From: Eledone cirrhosa
Lineage: Eukaryota
DNA: 64,000 nucleotides
Assembly: GCA_964016885.1 (NCBI GenBank)
Contig: OZ024742.1
Span: forward strand, 179,862,001-179,926,000
Direction of reading: 5' to 3'
Shown here: positions 29,395 through 44,556 of the stretch, in pieces
How the letters are laid out: each line of letters starts with the position of its first letter
Position numbering within the stretch: the stretch's first letter is position 1
Program-made: the position numbers and the translations under genes
The notes under the pieces: model-generated
The model's input: only the letters and a program-made list of their open reading frames with translations
Told to the model about the DNA's origin: nothing
Databases searched by the model: none

Positions 29395-29987
29395 GTTTTA
29401 ATATAGATGAGATTCTACAGGACTAGAACTGTTTCATTCATTAGAAATCATCAGGAATCTGGGTATCAAAAAATAAAAATGGTATTTATAGGTCTCTACA
29501 AGTGGTAGGAGAGGGTGGGGAGTGGGATGGGTGCAGATCATTGGTTGATAGAGAAGGGAATTCCTTAAAAGCTAATTCTACAAAGCTATAGTTTATTTTT
29601 ATTTATTTATGTTTTTAGAGTAACAAGGGCAGACAGAATTCTATAATTCTGTTTATAGAATTCTGTTTATAGAATTCTGTCTGCCCTTGTTACTCTAAAA
29701 ACATAAATAAATAAAAATAAACTATAGCTTTGTAGAATTAGCTTTTAATGAATTCCCTTTTCTATCAACCAATGACCTACACCCATCCCACTCCCCACCC
29801 TCTCCTACCACTTGTAGAGACCTATAAATACCATTTTTATTTTTTGATACCCAGATTCCTGATGATTTCTAATGAATGAAACAGTTCTAGTCCTGTAGAA
29901 TCTCATCTATATTAAAACTTTTATACTCTGCTATGTATTGAGTACCTTACTTACTGTGGTTACCTCCGATTCAACCCGGAATAACGT
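29395..29987 (+). mobile_element. HHR-bearing fold-back element: ~250-bp arms (29395-29645 / 29666-29919) plus ~65-bp tail
   Basis: Near-perfect palindrome in (TA)n with an HHR in each arm. The same tail sequence recurs at 43753-43910 and 44695-44850. Confidence 0.87.
29853..29903 (+). ncRNA. Type I hammerhead ribozyme (mirror copy 29410-29460 minus)
   Basis: agattc-CTGATGA-t-ttc(taat)gaa-t-GAAA-cag(ttctagtc)ctg-TA-gaatct; GUA triplet. Confidence 0.87.
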
Positions 29988-30011
29988 ATATATATATATA
30001 TATATATATAT

Positions 30012-30440
30012 CTAGGGCAGGTAAAATTCCCGAGATCCATGGGCGAGTTCTCTCCAGCGGTCTCTGTCCGTCATCATCACCACCATGTCCCATATCTCCA
30101 AGTGACCAGTGTCTGAACTTAGTGCATCAACATATGTTAACCTCGGTCTTCCTCTTCCAGTGTGTCCATGCACGGGCTCCCACAGAAGCACTGAGTGCAG
30201 TGTCAACTCTGGATGTCGGTGAGCATGTCTAGCTAACCTCAGTCTCCTCTGTGTCACTTTTGAGCTGACTTTTGGAAGGCTTCCGTACAGCTCTGAGTTC
30301 TTCATCCTCAGTGTATACTGATTAATGTTCAAAGCCATCCTCAGCATTCTCGTGTAGCACCCACCCACCATCTGAGTGAGTTTCTTGGTCAGTGTCCAAG
30401 TCTCAGACCCGTACAGAAGCACAGTCTCCACTAAAGCAGA
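30012..30440 (-). mobile_element. RTE-like LINE 3' fragment (third family)
   Basis: VLLYGSETWTLT, RRLRLA.H..RH, GRGRPRLTYVD. Confidence 0.88.
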
Positions 30441-30619
30441 CTCTATATATTAAATTTTTACCAAGGTACTGAGTTCTCTTTTCCTTTATAGTAATAATTG
30501 TTTTTAATATCTACAATTATAAACACTCTAACTAAATATTGCTGTTGTGTATCGATTACTTTCAATTAAGCAAGAAAGATAGATTGAATATGGAACTACA
30601 TACCTTCCCCTGTTTTGTT

Positions 30620-30880
30620 AGACCATATGGCTGTTGTTCAAACAATGGAACAGTCTGAACAAGTGGCTGGGCATTCCATGAACATGTGCACCTTTAACAT
30701 ACTTCTGAGGGACATTGAGATACAGTTTGTGACTTGAATTACAGGTACAGCCCATATTTTCTAGCTGAGTGGGCTGGAACAATGTAAAATAGAATCTCTT
30801 GCTCAAGGACACAATGTGCCACCAAGAATCAAAATCGCCACCATACAATAATGAGCCAAACATCCTGACAACTATGCTAC
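30620..30880 (-). mobile_element. Degraded tRNA-derived SINE (similar copies at 36760-36960 minus and 59445-59700 plus)
   Basis: Core cttgctcaaggacaca / gtccttgagcaag shared with the other SINEs. Confidence 0.6.
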
Positions 30881-32074
30881 GTAACTTTAGCTTCTGAGTT
30901 TGTTAGAAAATATTCTTATATAATTGAATAGGCGCTACATATACTAGCTGTTTAAAAGAATGCATTGTTAAGCAGAATTCTATGAGAACAACTTAACATA
31001 TGGAATAATAAGTCAGAAATGCCCACCTTATAATCAAAAGACATGAATCTTGAAACTCACCTCCTAGAAATATATCAACCCGACTAAAGCCGAGTAGTTC
31101 TATAAAATGTAGCCATCCTTCTTAAAATTCTATTAAAATTAAAATCTTCCAGTATAATTTCATTTAAAACCCATATGTTATGTTATGCTACAAATACCAT
31201 TTTGTTAATGAACTAATTAATAATTTTGGTATATACTCCAAATTTTTCATTATTTAATTAAAATGCAGTTTATTTCATTAGAAATATGGTAATGAAAGTG
31301 GTAAATAAATAATAATTTCCAATGTCTAATGAAATCTGATGCTACTAACAGTAAGAACTCAAACAAAATATACACATCTTCAGAAAAGATAACGGAAACT
31401 GCATGAACTAAATCAATATGCTAAGCTTTCAATAAACAGACAAAAATACAGGAAAGCTAACAAGCACCTATCATAACATGAAGATAAATAATAGCCACAA
31501 AGCATTAGCTGGATAATGCAGTGTAGTGTTTTATAAGATGCAGAGCAAGCATAACCCTTAAGTACCATAAAGGAAACTTTATCATAATTCCCAAATACAG
31601 GCTATTCATTCCTGCTATGAGGGAGTTTTGGAAAATTAGCATTAATGATAACATTAGAAATACCATTGGATTGGAACAATAGAATAGTATCAATGCAGTT
31701 TAGTAGGATTAATGATAACAACAGATGGAATGTCATTCAATTCACCCAATTCAATACTATAGAATACTATATATCAATTTCTAAGACCTTCCTTTTCAAG
31801 GCCTGGGATGTAGAAAGATACATTTCTGATATTGATGATAGTGATGTCAACATAATCTTACCTGTCAGGAAATTGCTTCTTTTCATAGATTCTGCATGTG
31901 GAATAGACACTATCTATCTGATATGCTTTCTCAGAGTGGAGGTCCACAATCTGGTTGGCTTATTCATCTTTGATAAACCAAATTGAGGCATATCACTTTA
32001 TGCAGAGGCTTTTATAGAAATGATGGCTTAGCTATCTCTAATAACATAAATGAGCATATTTTTGATAAAATAAA

Positions 32075-32540
32075 CAAATAGTATACTAGACCTGAAAAAT
32101 GCGCAAGCTCAAAAGAGCCACAGAATGCTATAATAAACCTTCAAAAGTGTGGGACTAAAGTTGTTGCTAAAAAATATTGTAATCATTATCTATCGTACAC
32201 TCTGTGGCATCCTTTTATAAAAAAGAGACTCATAATGAACTCAAGACGACACGATAATTATTTAAGCTAATGTTCAATATCTCATATTAGATGTTTAGTA
32301 ATGATTAATACGAAATGCACTTAAACCGAATTCTATATTATAAATTCACTTAAATAATGATCGTGTCGTCTTGAGTTCGTTATGAGTCTCTTTTTTATAA
32401 AAGGATGCCATAGAGTGTACGATCGATAATGATTACAATATTTTTGAGCAACAACTCTAGTCCCACACTTTTGAAGGTTTATTATAACATTCTGTGGCTC
32501 TTTTGAGCTTGCGCATTTTTCAGGTCAAGTTTAATATTTT
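32075..32540. mobile_element. Fold-back MITE-like palindrome, ~190-bp arms and ~80-bp spacer
   Basis: 32089-32266 is the reverse complement of 32349-32526 with few mismatches. No HHR core seen and not in a (TA)n tract. Confidence 0.75.
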
Positions 32541-32982
32541 TTTAAGGCAACGCTTGTAATAACTCTAGTTAAACATGATATATATTAATAATAAATTATC
32601 GTTGTAATGCAATTAAATTATATAATTGTTATTTTATAAATGATCTTATAAATATTATTGTAAGATGTATAAAAATATTTTCAGACTTTTAATATAAACA
32701 ACTAAAAAAAACAATCAATATTAAATAAATATATTTTACATAATAATTGTTATAGTTGAATTAATAAAAATTAAATATTACATACAAATAGTCTAACATA
32801 ATAATAACAAAAATAATCTAACAATAATAATAAAATAATCTAACATAAAATGAACAATAATATGGACAAATATACAAGTAAATATGATACAACCAATATT
32901 ATAAGCATGTTATAACGAACTGAAAAAAAAAATAGTTAATATAAATTTAAAAAATCATATATAAATTAATAATATAACTTAC

Positions 32983-33120
32983 CAAAACGAGAAAAATATT
33001 TTGATGATAAACGACGAATACAAGAGGAAGATTCGAAAGCGAAACGATAAATAAACATGCAAACAAAGTGACGGGTGTTTTTTAGCAACAACTACTCTCA
33101 TTGGTTGATTAGCCAATAAG
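32983..33120 (-). promoter_or_regulatory. Candidate first exon and CCAAT-box promoter of a host transcript
   Basis: Consensus donor TG|GTAAGT on the minus strand at 32983/32982, CpG-retaining stretch, opposed ATTGG and CCAAT at ~33100-33117. Confidence 0.3.
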
Positions 33121-35814
33121 ACAATACATTACAAAAGATGTTTGGCAGGGATCACCACGGTCAGCGAAACCCTTTGAATGTTTTTATTCACAAGTTACGC
33201 ATATATGTCAGACTTAAAACATTCTGTTGTTAGTCACTGCGTGTCTAACAGATAAGTAACTTTAAAGAACTAGGACTTATTATAACAAGCATAATGACGG
33301 TTAATATCCAATATACTTCATTTCTCAGAGAAAGGATTGAATTGCAAACAACTATGGAAAGAAAAAACTCTTAAGGAAGAGTGAGTTTAGAGAAAGGTTA
33401 AATTTTTCTCAAAATCTTACTACTCACATCTAATGAAACACAAAGTATAAACATTGCAAATGTAATGTCCTACTCTCTTTAAAGCCTAAATCTGATCAAA
33501 TATCATTTACTCCACACTAGACAACAATTTCAAACTATTTAACTGGCAAAACATAAAAGTTATCTACACTGCATGACTAATATAGTAAACACCATTGCAT
33601 GCAATAGGTGTTCCAGCCACACATTAATAGTTCCCAAACCATATAATATGCCTAGGAGTACTAAATCTAGTTCAAATGATTTCAAGACTTGAACAACTTG
33701 TTTCATTTTCATGCCTGTAACCATTTAGACTTCTGCAGTCCTTGGTCTCTGAACTGACATTTTCTTCTGCAAAATTGGGAGGCGTGCATCCTGCCTGAAG
33801 AAGGGGCCCTATGAGGCAGAGTGGCTGATGCAGCAGGTGCTGTTGGCTGCTCTCTCAAGCAATGTCTTTGCCAATTTGTCTGTGGGGCGCAGCTGAAGTA
33901 TACCATACAAATTAGGGCGTAGTGTCTGCCACTCACTCCCCACTTTACCTTACTTTTACTTTTTAAAGTTATTTCTTTTTTTCCTTCTTTTTCGTTTTAT
34001 TTTGATAAGCAAATGTTGATGAATTGTAAATTTATTTCGTTTATTGTTAACTAAAATTCATATCGTTAACACCTATCCATGTAACATTTCTCCCCCTTTC
34101 TATCTATTTATCTATCGATCTACCTATCTACCTACTCACCTTCTTTTTTATTTAATCCAACTTTCTATCAATCGATCGATATATCTACGTTTCTTTGTTC
34201 TTGTCAGTCTATCTATCTATCTATCTATCTATTTATATAACTATTTACCTACTATCTATCTATCTATCCATCAATTTGGTTAGCTCTACACCTTTCTTCC
34301 TTCTTAGTTATCTTCTGGTCGATTTTCTCTATCTACTGGCAAATCATTTAAACTAGAAACTATTGCAGAACTCTCTTTTATTCTCACTTTATTGGATGAT
34401 TAAGTTTTACGTTTGTTACACCAGAACCTAATTATATTATTGCTTCGAAGGACGAAACATCAATCTTTGCTTAGCTTTATTCTTCTTTTTATTTTCTTAT
34501 TCTTTTATTCTTATTCTTTTTATTTCCCAATATCTTTCTAACCTTAAGCTGAACGGTAAGGCTGAAGAATAAAGTATTTTCTTTACTCTTCTGTTAAAAA
34601 GTATATAAAAGTCTCTTACTCAATATTGCCATTAAGTATTTTCAAGGAATAAAGTTCATTTAGACGCTTAATATAAAGAGAAGGAAAGATGCACAAAAGA
34701 AGGAGAAAACTAACTGACTAACAAACATACATCACACATACAATGAAAAAAGTATGAACACTCCCCTACTGAAATAATGTCCGTATTTCTTCTTGTAATA
34801 TAAAGAAAGACAATAAGGATATTTTATTGTAGACTGAAAGTTAATAGATTTTTTTTTATCTGTGAACAATAAAAGTTCTCACATCTCTTCCTTCCAACTA
34901 ACCAACTAACCAATCAAGCCATGAAAATAACTTTTTTTTCTGAATAACAAGTCAGTCTATATTTATTTCTATTAAAAAGTTATTATATAAGAAATACTGC
35001 AAAAGACAGTTTCATGTTTTCCATCTTATTTTCTTGTATTTGTAGCCATTGTAATTGTAATTATTGTTGTTGTTTGTTTGTTTCCCTTTCTTTCATTTTT
35101 TCTATTCTAAGTGAAAAATAGCTTGGTAAACAGAGAAAACAAAGTGGAAATGTGTATTCAAGATTGGTCAAAGAATGACATACACATATGTAAACAACGA
35201 AGAGTAATAGAATGTAGAGAGGTGATTAAATCTATGACTATCTGATGTCTTATACAGTTCATTGATATTGTGGTCATTTTCACTATTCTTACGATAAAAC
35301 TGGTGAGAGACTGCTGTAGTGTGAATCTAATTGTTGTTGTTGTTATTGTTCATGCTCACTAAATTACTTAAACTTTTATTGCAATCTCAGAAAATATCCA
35401 TCAACTCTACAATACTCATAACAAAAGACGATAAGTTACCCCAGGGAATGAATTGTAGGGTCAATGAAGTGTGAAGGAATAGAGCTCATATTTGTGTGTC
35501 ATACAGACTGCAGATATTGTTTTTTATTGATTGGGATCAAGAGTTTGTGTCCATGACATTTGAAGGCCTTCCAAAAATGGTGAGATCAGATGTGGTGTTA
35601 CTTCATTGTCACTGATGCATGTAATATTCCAATCACTGTCATGAAAGATTCACTGTCTATATGTAGCTCCAAGAAGGCCATGTTCTGATTTGTGTTGAGT
35701 AGGTTGAGGGGTGAGAAAAAAATATATATTGACACAATAAGTACCAACGCATCAGATTTCATCGTGATAAATGGTTGTGTGACATGAGTGCCACATTCTA
35801 AACATTTGAAAACA

Positions 35815-36033
35815 TTAACCCTTTAGTATTTACATTATATATATACTGTTGTATTTTCATGATCGAGGCTTTACCTCACATAATTCTCTCAAATAATATT
35901 GAATCTAGAAGATTTTGATATTATTTATTCTGAGAAAAATACCTTAATATCAGTATGAGTGGCCCATTACAGCCGGTTTGAACAGAAAGAGGTGAGAGAA
36001 TTCTGGCCGGATATGGCCAGTTTAAATGGTAAA
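35815..36033 (+). mobile_element. piggyBac-like MITE (second copy 56238-56462)
   Basis: TTAA-CCCTTTAG start. The other copy ends AATGCTAAAGGA-TTAA. Shared body cagccggtttgaacagaaagaggtgagagaattctggccgga. Confidence 0.65.
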
Positions 36034-36139
36034 ACAAGAAATGTCAAAAAAAAAATAGCCAGAGACTACAAACACAGCAAGATTCAGAAAATTCTTCTTC
36101 TCTCCTGTGTATTTCCATAAAAATATAGATGCACATATA

Positions 36140-36760
36140 TATTTCACAAATATATATATATACACACTATTCGATGGGTGTTGACTCTATGAGTTCCTTC
36201 ACACATTTACAAGTTTTGTTTTTCATCTAGCATTTTATCCAAACAATCCTCCTCCACATCAAGAAGATATGGAAGAGTTGCCAGTTTAATTACCAATAGC
36301 CCAACCATGCAACAGGTTGCACTGGATTACATATTACCAGTAGCACTCAATAGCAATCTGGCATCCATATATACATGCATACATAAATATATACACATTT
36401 GGACTTCTTGACTGGATGGTAGATGAGATCTGAGCCATTGATGTTGAAACCCCAAACATTCTAACTGGAATCTGAAATTTCTACATCAACACCATCATAG
36501 ACTGCCTATACCTAAAACGTAAACAAGGTGGTAGATGCTTAACATCAGTCCAAATAGTATTTGAGTGTTGCATAATATTGCACAGATAGCATCTACAAAT
36601 GACCAAGCATAGAAGCCCATCCATAGAACAAATCTGTCTACAAGACACAGATAACAACTTGAGAGTTGGGAAGAATGGGAAACAACAAAATACACAATGC
36701 ATAAAAGAGATAGAGCTGCAGGTAAATCACCTAGATGTGATAAAAGGTGCACACAGTTTC
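36140..36760 (+). mobile_element. Degenerate R4/Dong-like non-LTR fragment
   Basis: YLKRKQGGRCL resembles the RLYL.RK.GGRGL motif of R4-clade RTs; many stops and frameshifts. Confidence 0.5.
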
Positions 36761-38094
36761 GTCAAATTGAACCGAGGAAACAATATTTCCGTTGGTCTTT
36801 CCAATACTCTCTATCAGTCGCAACTCCAGGTAGAAGGAGCAACATGAAATAAAGTGTCTTGTTCAAGGACATGATGCATCGACAGGTCCAGGAATTGAAC
36901 TCACAACCTCATGATTACGTATCCAATTCTCTTACCACTCAGCTACGTACCTTCACAGTGGAATAAGCATAAAAAATGTCACCCACATCATAAGCTTTGT
37001 CCAAAGATGTCATTACTATACTATTTACCTATGGGGCATGATGTAGTAGTCAACACATTGTCATTGTTTTCTTTTTGTCTTAGCCAAAAGACATAGTTTA
37101 AAGAGATGGATGCTAATCTGGTTGATCTTGATTTTGTTAAATAATTTTACAAATCTCAGTTTGATATTATTTGTACGTGTATGTTTGTGTATATATTATT
37201 TATACCTAATTATGTTTTACATTTATGTGTGTATAATTATATCTATATGTAATGTAAATTGTAACATTGAAGTTTATGCTTTTTGTGTTGCGTTTTGAAA
37301 TCATATTTATTTGATATTCATCTTTCGGTAATTTCACTGAATTTTTTAATGGTGTGGGTATTTTGGTATTTTTTATGTTTTGTTGTATGAACTAGACTTC
37401 CCTATGCATAGCATCATGTCATCTAGGTGGATAGTTTGAGGGTTTAAAGTCAGGATATAATGGGAGAAGGTTGAGCACGGCCTATTACACAATGGTATTG
37501 TAGACTCTGCAGACAATAGTAACTTTATTAGCTTTATTATATAGAAAGTAGATAATATGATAGCTGCTGCTTGATAACATCTGTCTTCCCCATTCGGTGG
37601 CTGTTGTATTCCAGTTTGGTATTCTGAGTTTGGGAAGATGGATGGCCCGTGTTCAATTTCCTGAATTTGGAGGATGAGTTGTGGGCTCATTTAGTAGGAG
37701 TCATGAGTGCAGATTAGCATTCAGTTTAGGGTGTTTGCTAAGTGTTTGTGGACTGTTTGGAGCAACAATAGACTTATTTACACACGCATCCATGCATGCA
37801 TGGATCTATCCATCCAGTCAGCCAGTCAGCCATCAATCCATCCATACATCTGAGTTGTATAATCTATTTTCTCTCACAAGATGAATATCAAAAGTGAAAG
37901 TTATAGAGAGCTAAAAGAACAAAGAGAAAATCTGAACATCACTTCTAACTGTGCTCAGATCTACAAAATTACAGATTTCAGTCCTACAGTATTACAGGTT
38001 TCCAGTTTTACATGTCTCCAGATCCCTAGTTGATTTGATCTTTTAATTTAAACAGATGATACGCATGGTTTGATAAATTAAGTATCTCTAATGC

Positions 38095-38137
38095 TACTAC
38101 TGATGCTGATACCACCATCACCTCCAATACTACTACT

Positions 38138-38209
<72 letters not shown>

Positions 38210-39085
38210 TACTACTACTACTTCCATCACCAATACCACTACTACTCTACCATAGATTCAAATGAATTGTTTGTATTTTTTTCAACTGCTTTCACATCTT
38301 CAGAGGAAGAAACCCTATGAGGCAAAATGATTGATGTAGTGGGTATGCTAGCTGTTCTCTGAGGGCCATAGCTGGGATATACTACTCAGTTAAGGGAGCA
38401 AAGTTTGCATCCTCCTCATTTCACCCGACTTTCTTTGTTCTTTATTTTCCTCCCCTTAACCTTTTTCTTCTTTTTTCCACCCTCTTCCTATTTATAAATA
38501 TATACAACTGAATATAAAATTTTGAATCAATAAAATGCTCTTCATTGAAAAATATTTTATGTTCAAACTTTTTACAGTAAAATCGGTTTTACACAACAAC
38601 AATGGGGTATGAATTTGTTTTGTCTTTGATAAATCTCTCAACTACTCATGAATATCTATCACCACTATACCATCACCACCACCATACCACTTACAACATT
38701 ACCGCTGCCACTACACTGCTACCATTGACACTACTACCATACCACCACCATTAATATTACCATTAAATCACCATTATCAGATCACCACAACCACTATACT
38801 ATTACCAGTGACACTATTACCATCCCATTACCATTAAAATTATCATTATATCACCATGATCACACTACCTTACTATCAACTCTACTACTATTTCACCATC
38901 ATCACTTCACAACTTCACTACCACCACCCATGCAACCACAAAGACTACTATTACATCATCAATATTACATCACCACTACCACTACACTGTTATCATCAGC
39001 TCTATCACCAAACCACAACCACAAAGACCAGCACTACACCTCAACTACTATACTGCCATAATCAACATTACAATCACACCACCAA
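38095..39085. repeat. (ACT)n microsatellite (38130-38250) and decayed ACC/ACT/ATC-rich tract (38655-39085)
   Basis: Directly visible. Confidence 0.85.
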
Positions 39086-39169
39086 CGTTATTTCTAAACC
39101 ATAGGCAGGGTACTGTAAAGGGTAATCAGCAGGTCCTCCTGGAGATTTCAGAATCAACAAGGAGCATAG

Positions 39170-39330
39170 AGGTGCAGGCATGGCTGTGTGGTGAAAGACT
39201 TTGCTTCAGACCCATGTGGTTCTGGATTCAGTCCAGCTACATGGCACCTTGGGCAAACATATTTTACAATAGCCTCAGGTTGACCAATGCCTTGTGAGTG
39301 GAATTTAGGGAACAGGAATTGCAGAAGCTG
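39170..39330 (+). mobile_element. Degraded tRNA-derived SINE (related copy ~56705-57050)
   Basis: tggctgtgtgg A box, caccttgggcaa core, ttgaccaatgccttgt shared by both copies. Confidence 0.6.
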
Positions 39331-40009
39331 ATATATACATATATATACGAGAGAGAGAGAGAGAGATGATACACATATATTTATAGATGTATATATAATG
39401 ATCTATCTGTATACATACACAGTAGGTAACTGAGACTACACCAATGTGTATATAAATATATACATTCTTTAAATATGTAGGCATGCAGATGTAAATTGAA
39501 AAAAAAAATGATAAACACTTTTAATCAATTTTCAGACTTAGTTGGGCCATCATCAGAAGGCATGTACATCATCCAAACAATCTCAAGGAAACACATGCCT
39601 TCATATTTAAAGAATGTGTATATTCATATACACATTAGTGCAGTCTTGGTTACCCACTCTCTATGTATACAGATACAACTTCATCATACACTTTGGCTAC
39701 TAGTGCACTTCTTAGTATATATATATATATGTGTGTATATATAGTGTATTTTGCAATACACTGCATGCTTAATTAAAAGCATTTTGAATACCTTACGCTA
39801 TTGTTTTAGAGTAGTGACAGTCTCGCTTACTTTACATTTTCAGCAATCAGGGGAAGATAAAGCTGACAGAGCTCTGTTTCGTACTATTTGGTACTTATCA
39901 AAGCAAAGTAGTCCACCTGTTCGCTGAAAATCATGAATGTTTGATTCTTATAGAATTCTAGTAATAATCAGGAACTGATGATACAGAGCGATTGCCGGTC
40001 AAGCAGAAA

Positions 40010-40665
40010 TTGGAAATTAGAATAACAACAAATAACAACAACACCCATTCCATTCATTTTTTTCTGTAAACAGAAAAAATGAATGGAATAACAACACCAC
40101 CCAAACAAACAACACTGACCTAAGAGAAGTATAAATAAACAAATAAATACATACACAAGGACAATAACAACAAACACATATAAACACACACTAGTAAACT
40201 AAGATAGAATACAATAACCAATACACAGTCACCCAAACACGAACACACATCAAACAAAACACTATATAAACACGCAAACGCATGCGCAGAGAAGACAAAA
40301 AAATAAATAAACAGACTAAATAAAGATGGCGTAGGCATACAATACAACGGGAGGAAATATGATAGCACCACTGACGATGTTGCAGATATGCAACGAAAGA
40401 ACTTTGTTAGACTATATATATGTGTTTGTGTCTATATTGTACCTGTATTTTTTACCGTTGGTCAGTCAATGGTAACATTGAGGACCGAATAAATTAAATT
40501 AACCGATATAAAAGACACAGAAGCGAAAACCAACCAAACAGTGAGTGTGTTCTGTTATTAATTCTGGCAATATTATTACACAAATATGAACCTCCCCAAG
40601 TATAACAATATTTGTTTCGACACACGATTTCATATAAAAAACCTCGCAAAACTAATTCATCGCCG
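40010..40665 (+). mobile_element. Penelope 3' end / pLTR copy
   Basis: Encodes the terminal NRKNEWNNNT codons and matches 48830-49447; contains CTGACGA-tgttgca/tgcaac-GAAA. Confidence 0.8.
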
Positions 40666-41540
40666 TTATATATATATTAGAAAGTGAGGTTTTTTTTACA
40701 AAATGAAAAATAACCGAGGTGTCCTACACGAGTGAAAGTATAAAGAAAAAAAGATGAAATCGAAAATGCAACTGGAGTCTTATTTAAAAAAAAATATATA
40801 TATTTTTATTTGGTTTATTTACCGGTTTCTCAGTTCTTCTGCTTTTCAAAAGTAGAGTTGAGATGGAGGGTCTGTGGTTTTTCTCACATCTGGTTGGTCT
40901 TTGAATGTTACTTGTTTTATATGGAAAAAAGTGGCTCGAAACGCTAGGTTTTTAGAGAAGTAATTTGATTGATTGGTCAATAATTATAATAAATTTCGCG
41001 CCAGTTCGCGTTACAAAGTTCTTCAAACAGGGGGGGGGGGGGGGGGGGCTCAGGTTCTTTTTTCATATATGAGTGTTTGAATTTCTTTTTACTTAAAAAA
41101 AAGAGGCTCACGAAGGCTTTTTTTAAATAAACGTAATTTGATTGGTTATAAATGAAATTATGGCTGTCACGTGAACAAGTTTTCATTAAATTTCGCGCCA
41201 GTATTTGGAAATTTATTCTGTAGCCTTTTTAGAGAATTTTATGACAAGCAAAATATAACGGAAATGGGATGGGAGAATTGTTCTGGTTCAGTGAATATGG
41301 TTAGTTCGCTAGGGTGTCAGAATTCAGATTTTCTATTGAAATAAAGAAAGTAAAGATATGTATGTTTATTTGTGTGCTTGTGTGTGTGTGTGTGTTGTGT
41401 GTGTGTTTGAATTCTTTTTACTTAAAAAAAGGGGCCCAAGAAGGCTTTTTTTATTACTGCGAAACCGGTAAAGGAACCAAATAAGAATATATATATTTAA
41501 AAAAAATAAAACTCCAGTTGCATTTTCGATTTCATCTTTT

Positions 41541-41612
<72 letters not shown>

Positions 41613-41617
<5 letters not shown>

Positions 41618-42897
41618 ATACTTTTGGAGGGTCATGTTGCCAATAAGAAACACACGCACCTGTTGCTTTCACTTCAATTTATTCTAATAAATTTATAAAT
41701 TTAGGAATTTATAAATTTCAGGTTGGTTGGTTGGTTCCACAACCAGATGGTTGTTTATATATTATCAAAGTTCTTTCGTCACACATTCTGTGACTGGGGA
41801 TTCCTTTCTTTGTTTCTGTGCCTCTCCTTTGTTCTGTCCTACGCCATTTTGTTTCTGTGTGTGTGTTGTGTGCTCAGTCTGCGCATGCGCCACATCCGGG
41901 TGTCTGTGTGTGTTTATATTCGTTTATTTATTTGTTTATTTACATGTTACAGGTTGGTTGTTTGTTCTATGTGCGTGTGTGTTTTCATTTTGTCCTTAAT
42001 TGTAAGTTGTGTTGTTGCTGTTCCAGTCATGTTTTCTATTTAATTTTGGTTGTAATTCTTTTATATTTATTGCCTCTGTGATTTGTCTAAACATTGCGTC
42101 TTTTCTGTGTGTAGATTCTATTTTTATTTCTATGTTCTCTAATTTACCCTTATGTTCTATTTTAGCATGTTGGTAGAGTACAGATGATTCTTTACTATCT
42201 TGAAGGTCTCGCCAGTGTTCATTTATCCGTTCCCCTACACTACGAGCTGTCTCACCTATGTACACTATATTTTTGTCTCTACATTGTCCTTCAATACATC
42301 TTATGCTATATACTACATTTCTAGTTTTACAATTAATATGGGGGCTTAATTTACAGGTTATACATTTCTTATCTTTACAGGGGGGTCTTTGAAAAGGGTA
42401 TGTCTTGCTAATAAGTATTTTTACGGAGGTACCTGGTCTTTCTACTATCTTAATATTGAGTTTATGTTTATCTAGCGCCCTTCTAAATTTGTAAGCTAAT
42501 TCACCTCTAGGGGTTATATAGATGAACATTACACTCTGGTATTTATTGCTTTCATACCATGAGTTTATTCTATTAGCCTTATTCCTAGTTCTTTCTATTA
42601 TATTCCAAAATTTGCTCCTATACAAGGGGCAGGTCCGATTTGTATCATTATTTACCATTTTTTCCCATTTGGTTTTGGCTCCTCTATACACTCTGATTTT
42701 ATCTCTCTGATTGTAACCATAGAACTGCATACAGTGGATGAAGTGTTGCATGTGTCTCTCTAGTTCTTCGAGGTTGCACATGCGGGACACCTTTCTCATC
42801 ACTCGTACCAAATCCACAATCAGTATGTTGATTTTGGTATGGTCCGAAACAGCTGAGTTTCTGTGGATCAGATATTTGGAAGTCATGGGAATGGAGG
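41613..42897 (-). mobile_element. Penelope-like element, 5'-truncated: RT C-terminal region, GIY-YIG endonuclease (ORF 41996-42886) and pLTR
   Basis: C..C..C...NCKTRNVVYSIRC....C....VYIGETARS..ERINEH...L..H....H...R.I.EA..I....PKLNRK; flanked by (TA)n. Confidence 0.92.
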
Positions 42898-43040
42898 ATT
42901 ATATATATATATTATATATATTATATATATATTATATATATATATATATATATAGTAATAATAATAAATTTGAAGACTAAAATCCAAAGAGAGCTCGATA
43001 AGGAGAAATATATATCAAGTATATAAGAACCGTAGAGCAA

Positions 43041-43151
43041 ATATTTATTAAAATAACAGATTAAAGTTTAAGCAAAAGTTTCAGAAGATCCCGTTAAGGG
43101 TGAAAGCAGCGATTCTTTGCTTAAACTTTAATCTGTTATTTTAATAAATAT
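43041..43151 (+). ncRNA. ~35-bp perfect hairpin capped by a degenerate hammerhead core
   Basis: Arms 43041-43075 / 43116-43151 enclose CAGAAGA-t-ccc(gttaa)ggg-t-GAAA-gcagc. Confidence 0.55.
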
Positions 43152-43169
43152 ATATATATTATATATATA

Positions 43170-43752
<583 letters not shown>

Positions 43753-43908
43753 GGTAAGATATTCCGGATTGAATCGGAGGTAACCACAGGAAGTAAGGTA
43801 CTCAATACATTGCAGAGTATGACAGTTTTAATATAGATGAGATTCTACAAGACTAGAAATGTTTCATGAAACAGTTCTAGTCCTGTAGAATCTCATCTAT
43901 ATTAAAAC

Positions 43909-43957
<49 letters not shown>

Positions 43958-44088
43958 AAAGTTATATTTAAATTGTTGGGTTACAACTAGTAAATATTTA
44001 TAACTGATATAAAAGCACTCAACAAGTATTTGGGGTATATTTACGATATTAAATAAATGGAAACATAGTTTCCAATTATTTAATATCG

Positions 44089-44186
<98 letters not shown>

Positions 44187-44228
44187 TGTATTTATTAAAA
44201 TGACAGCTTAAAGTTTAAGCAAAGAATA

Positions 44229-44299
<71 letters not shown>

Positions 44300-44313
44300 T
44301 ATATGTATATATC

Positions 44314-44367
<54 letters not shown>

Positions 44368-44368
44368 A

Positions 44369-44403
<35 letters not shown>

Positions 44404-44406
44404 TAT

Positions 44407-44448
<42 letters not shown>

Positions 44449-44461
44449 GTATATATATATG

Positions 44462-44492
<31 letters not shown>

Positions 44493-44523
44493 GTATATAT
44501 ATATATATATATGTATATATATG

Positions 44524-44556
<33 letters not shown>

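Noticed and set aside
31860-32000. Minus-strand coding exon ending at CAG|GTAAGA
   Set aside because: Short frames with stops, no convincing acceptor, no recognisable homology
39844-39890. Plus-strand micro-exon after tttacattttcag
   Set aside because: Good acceptor but weak donor (gtactt), ambiguous frame and no partner exons that I can link
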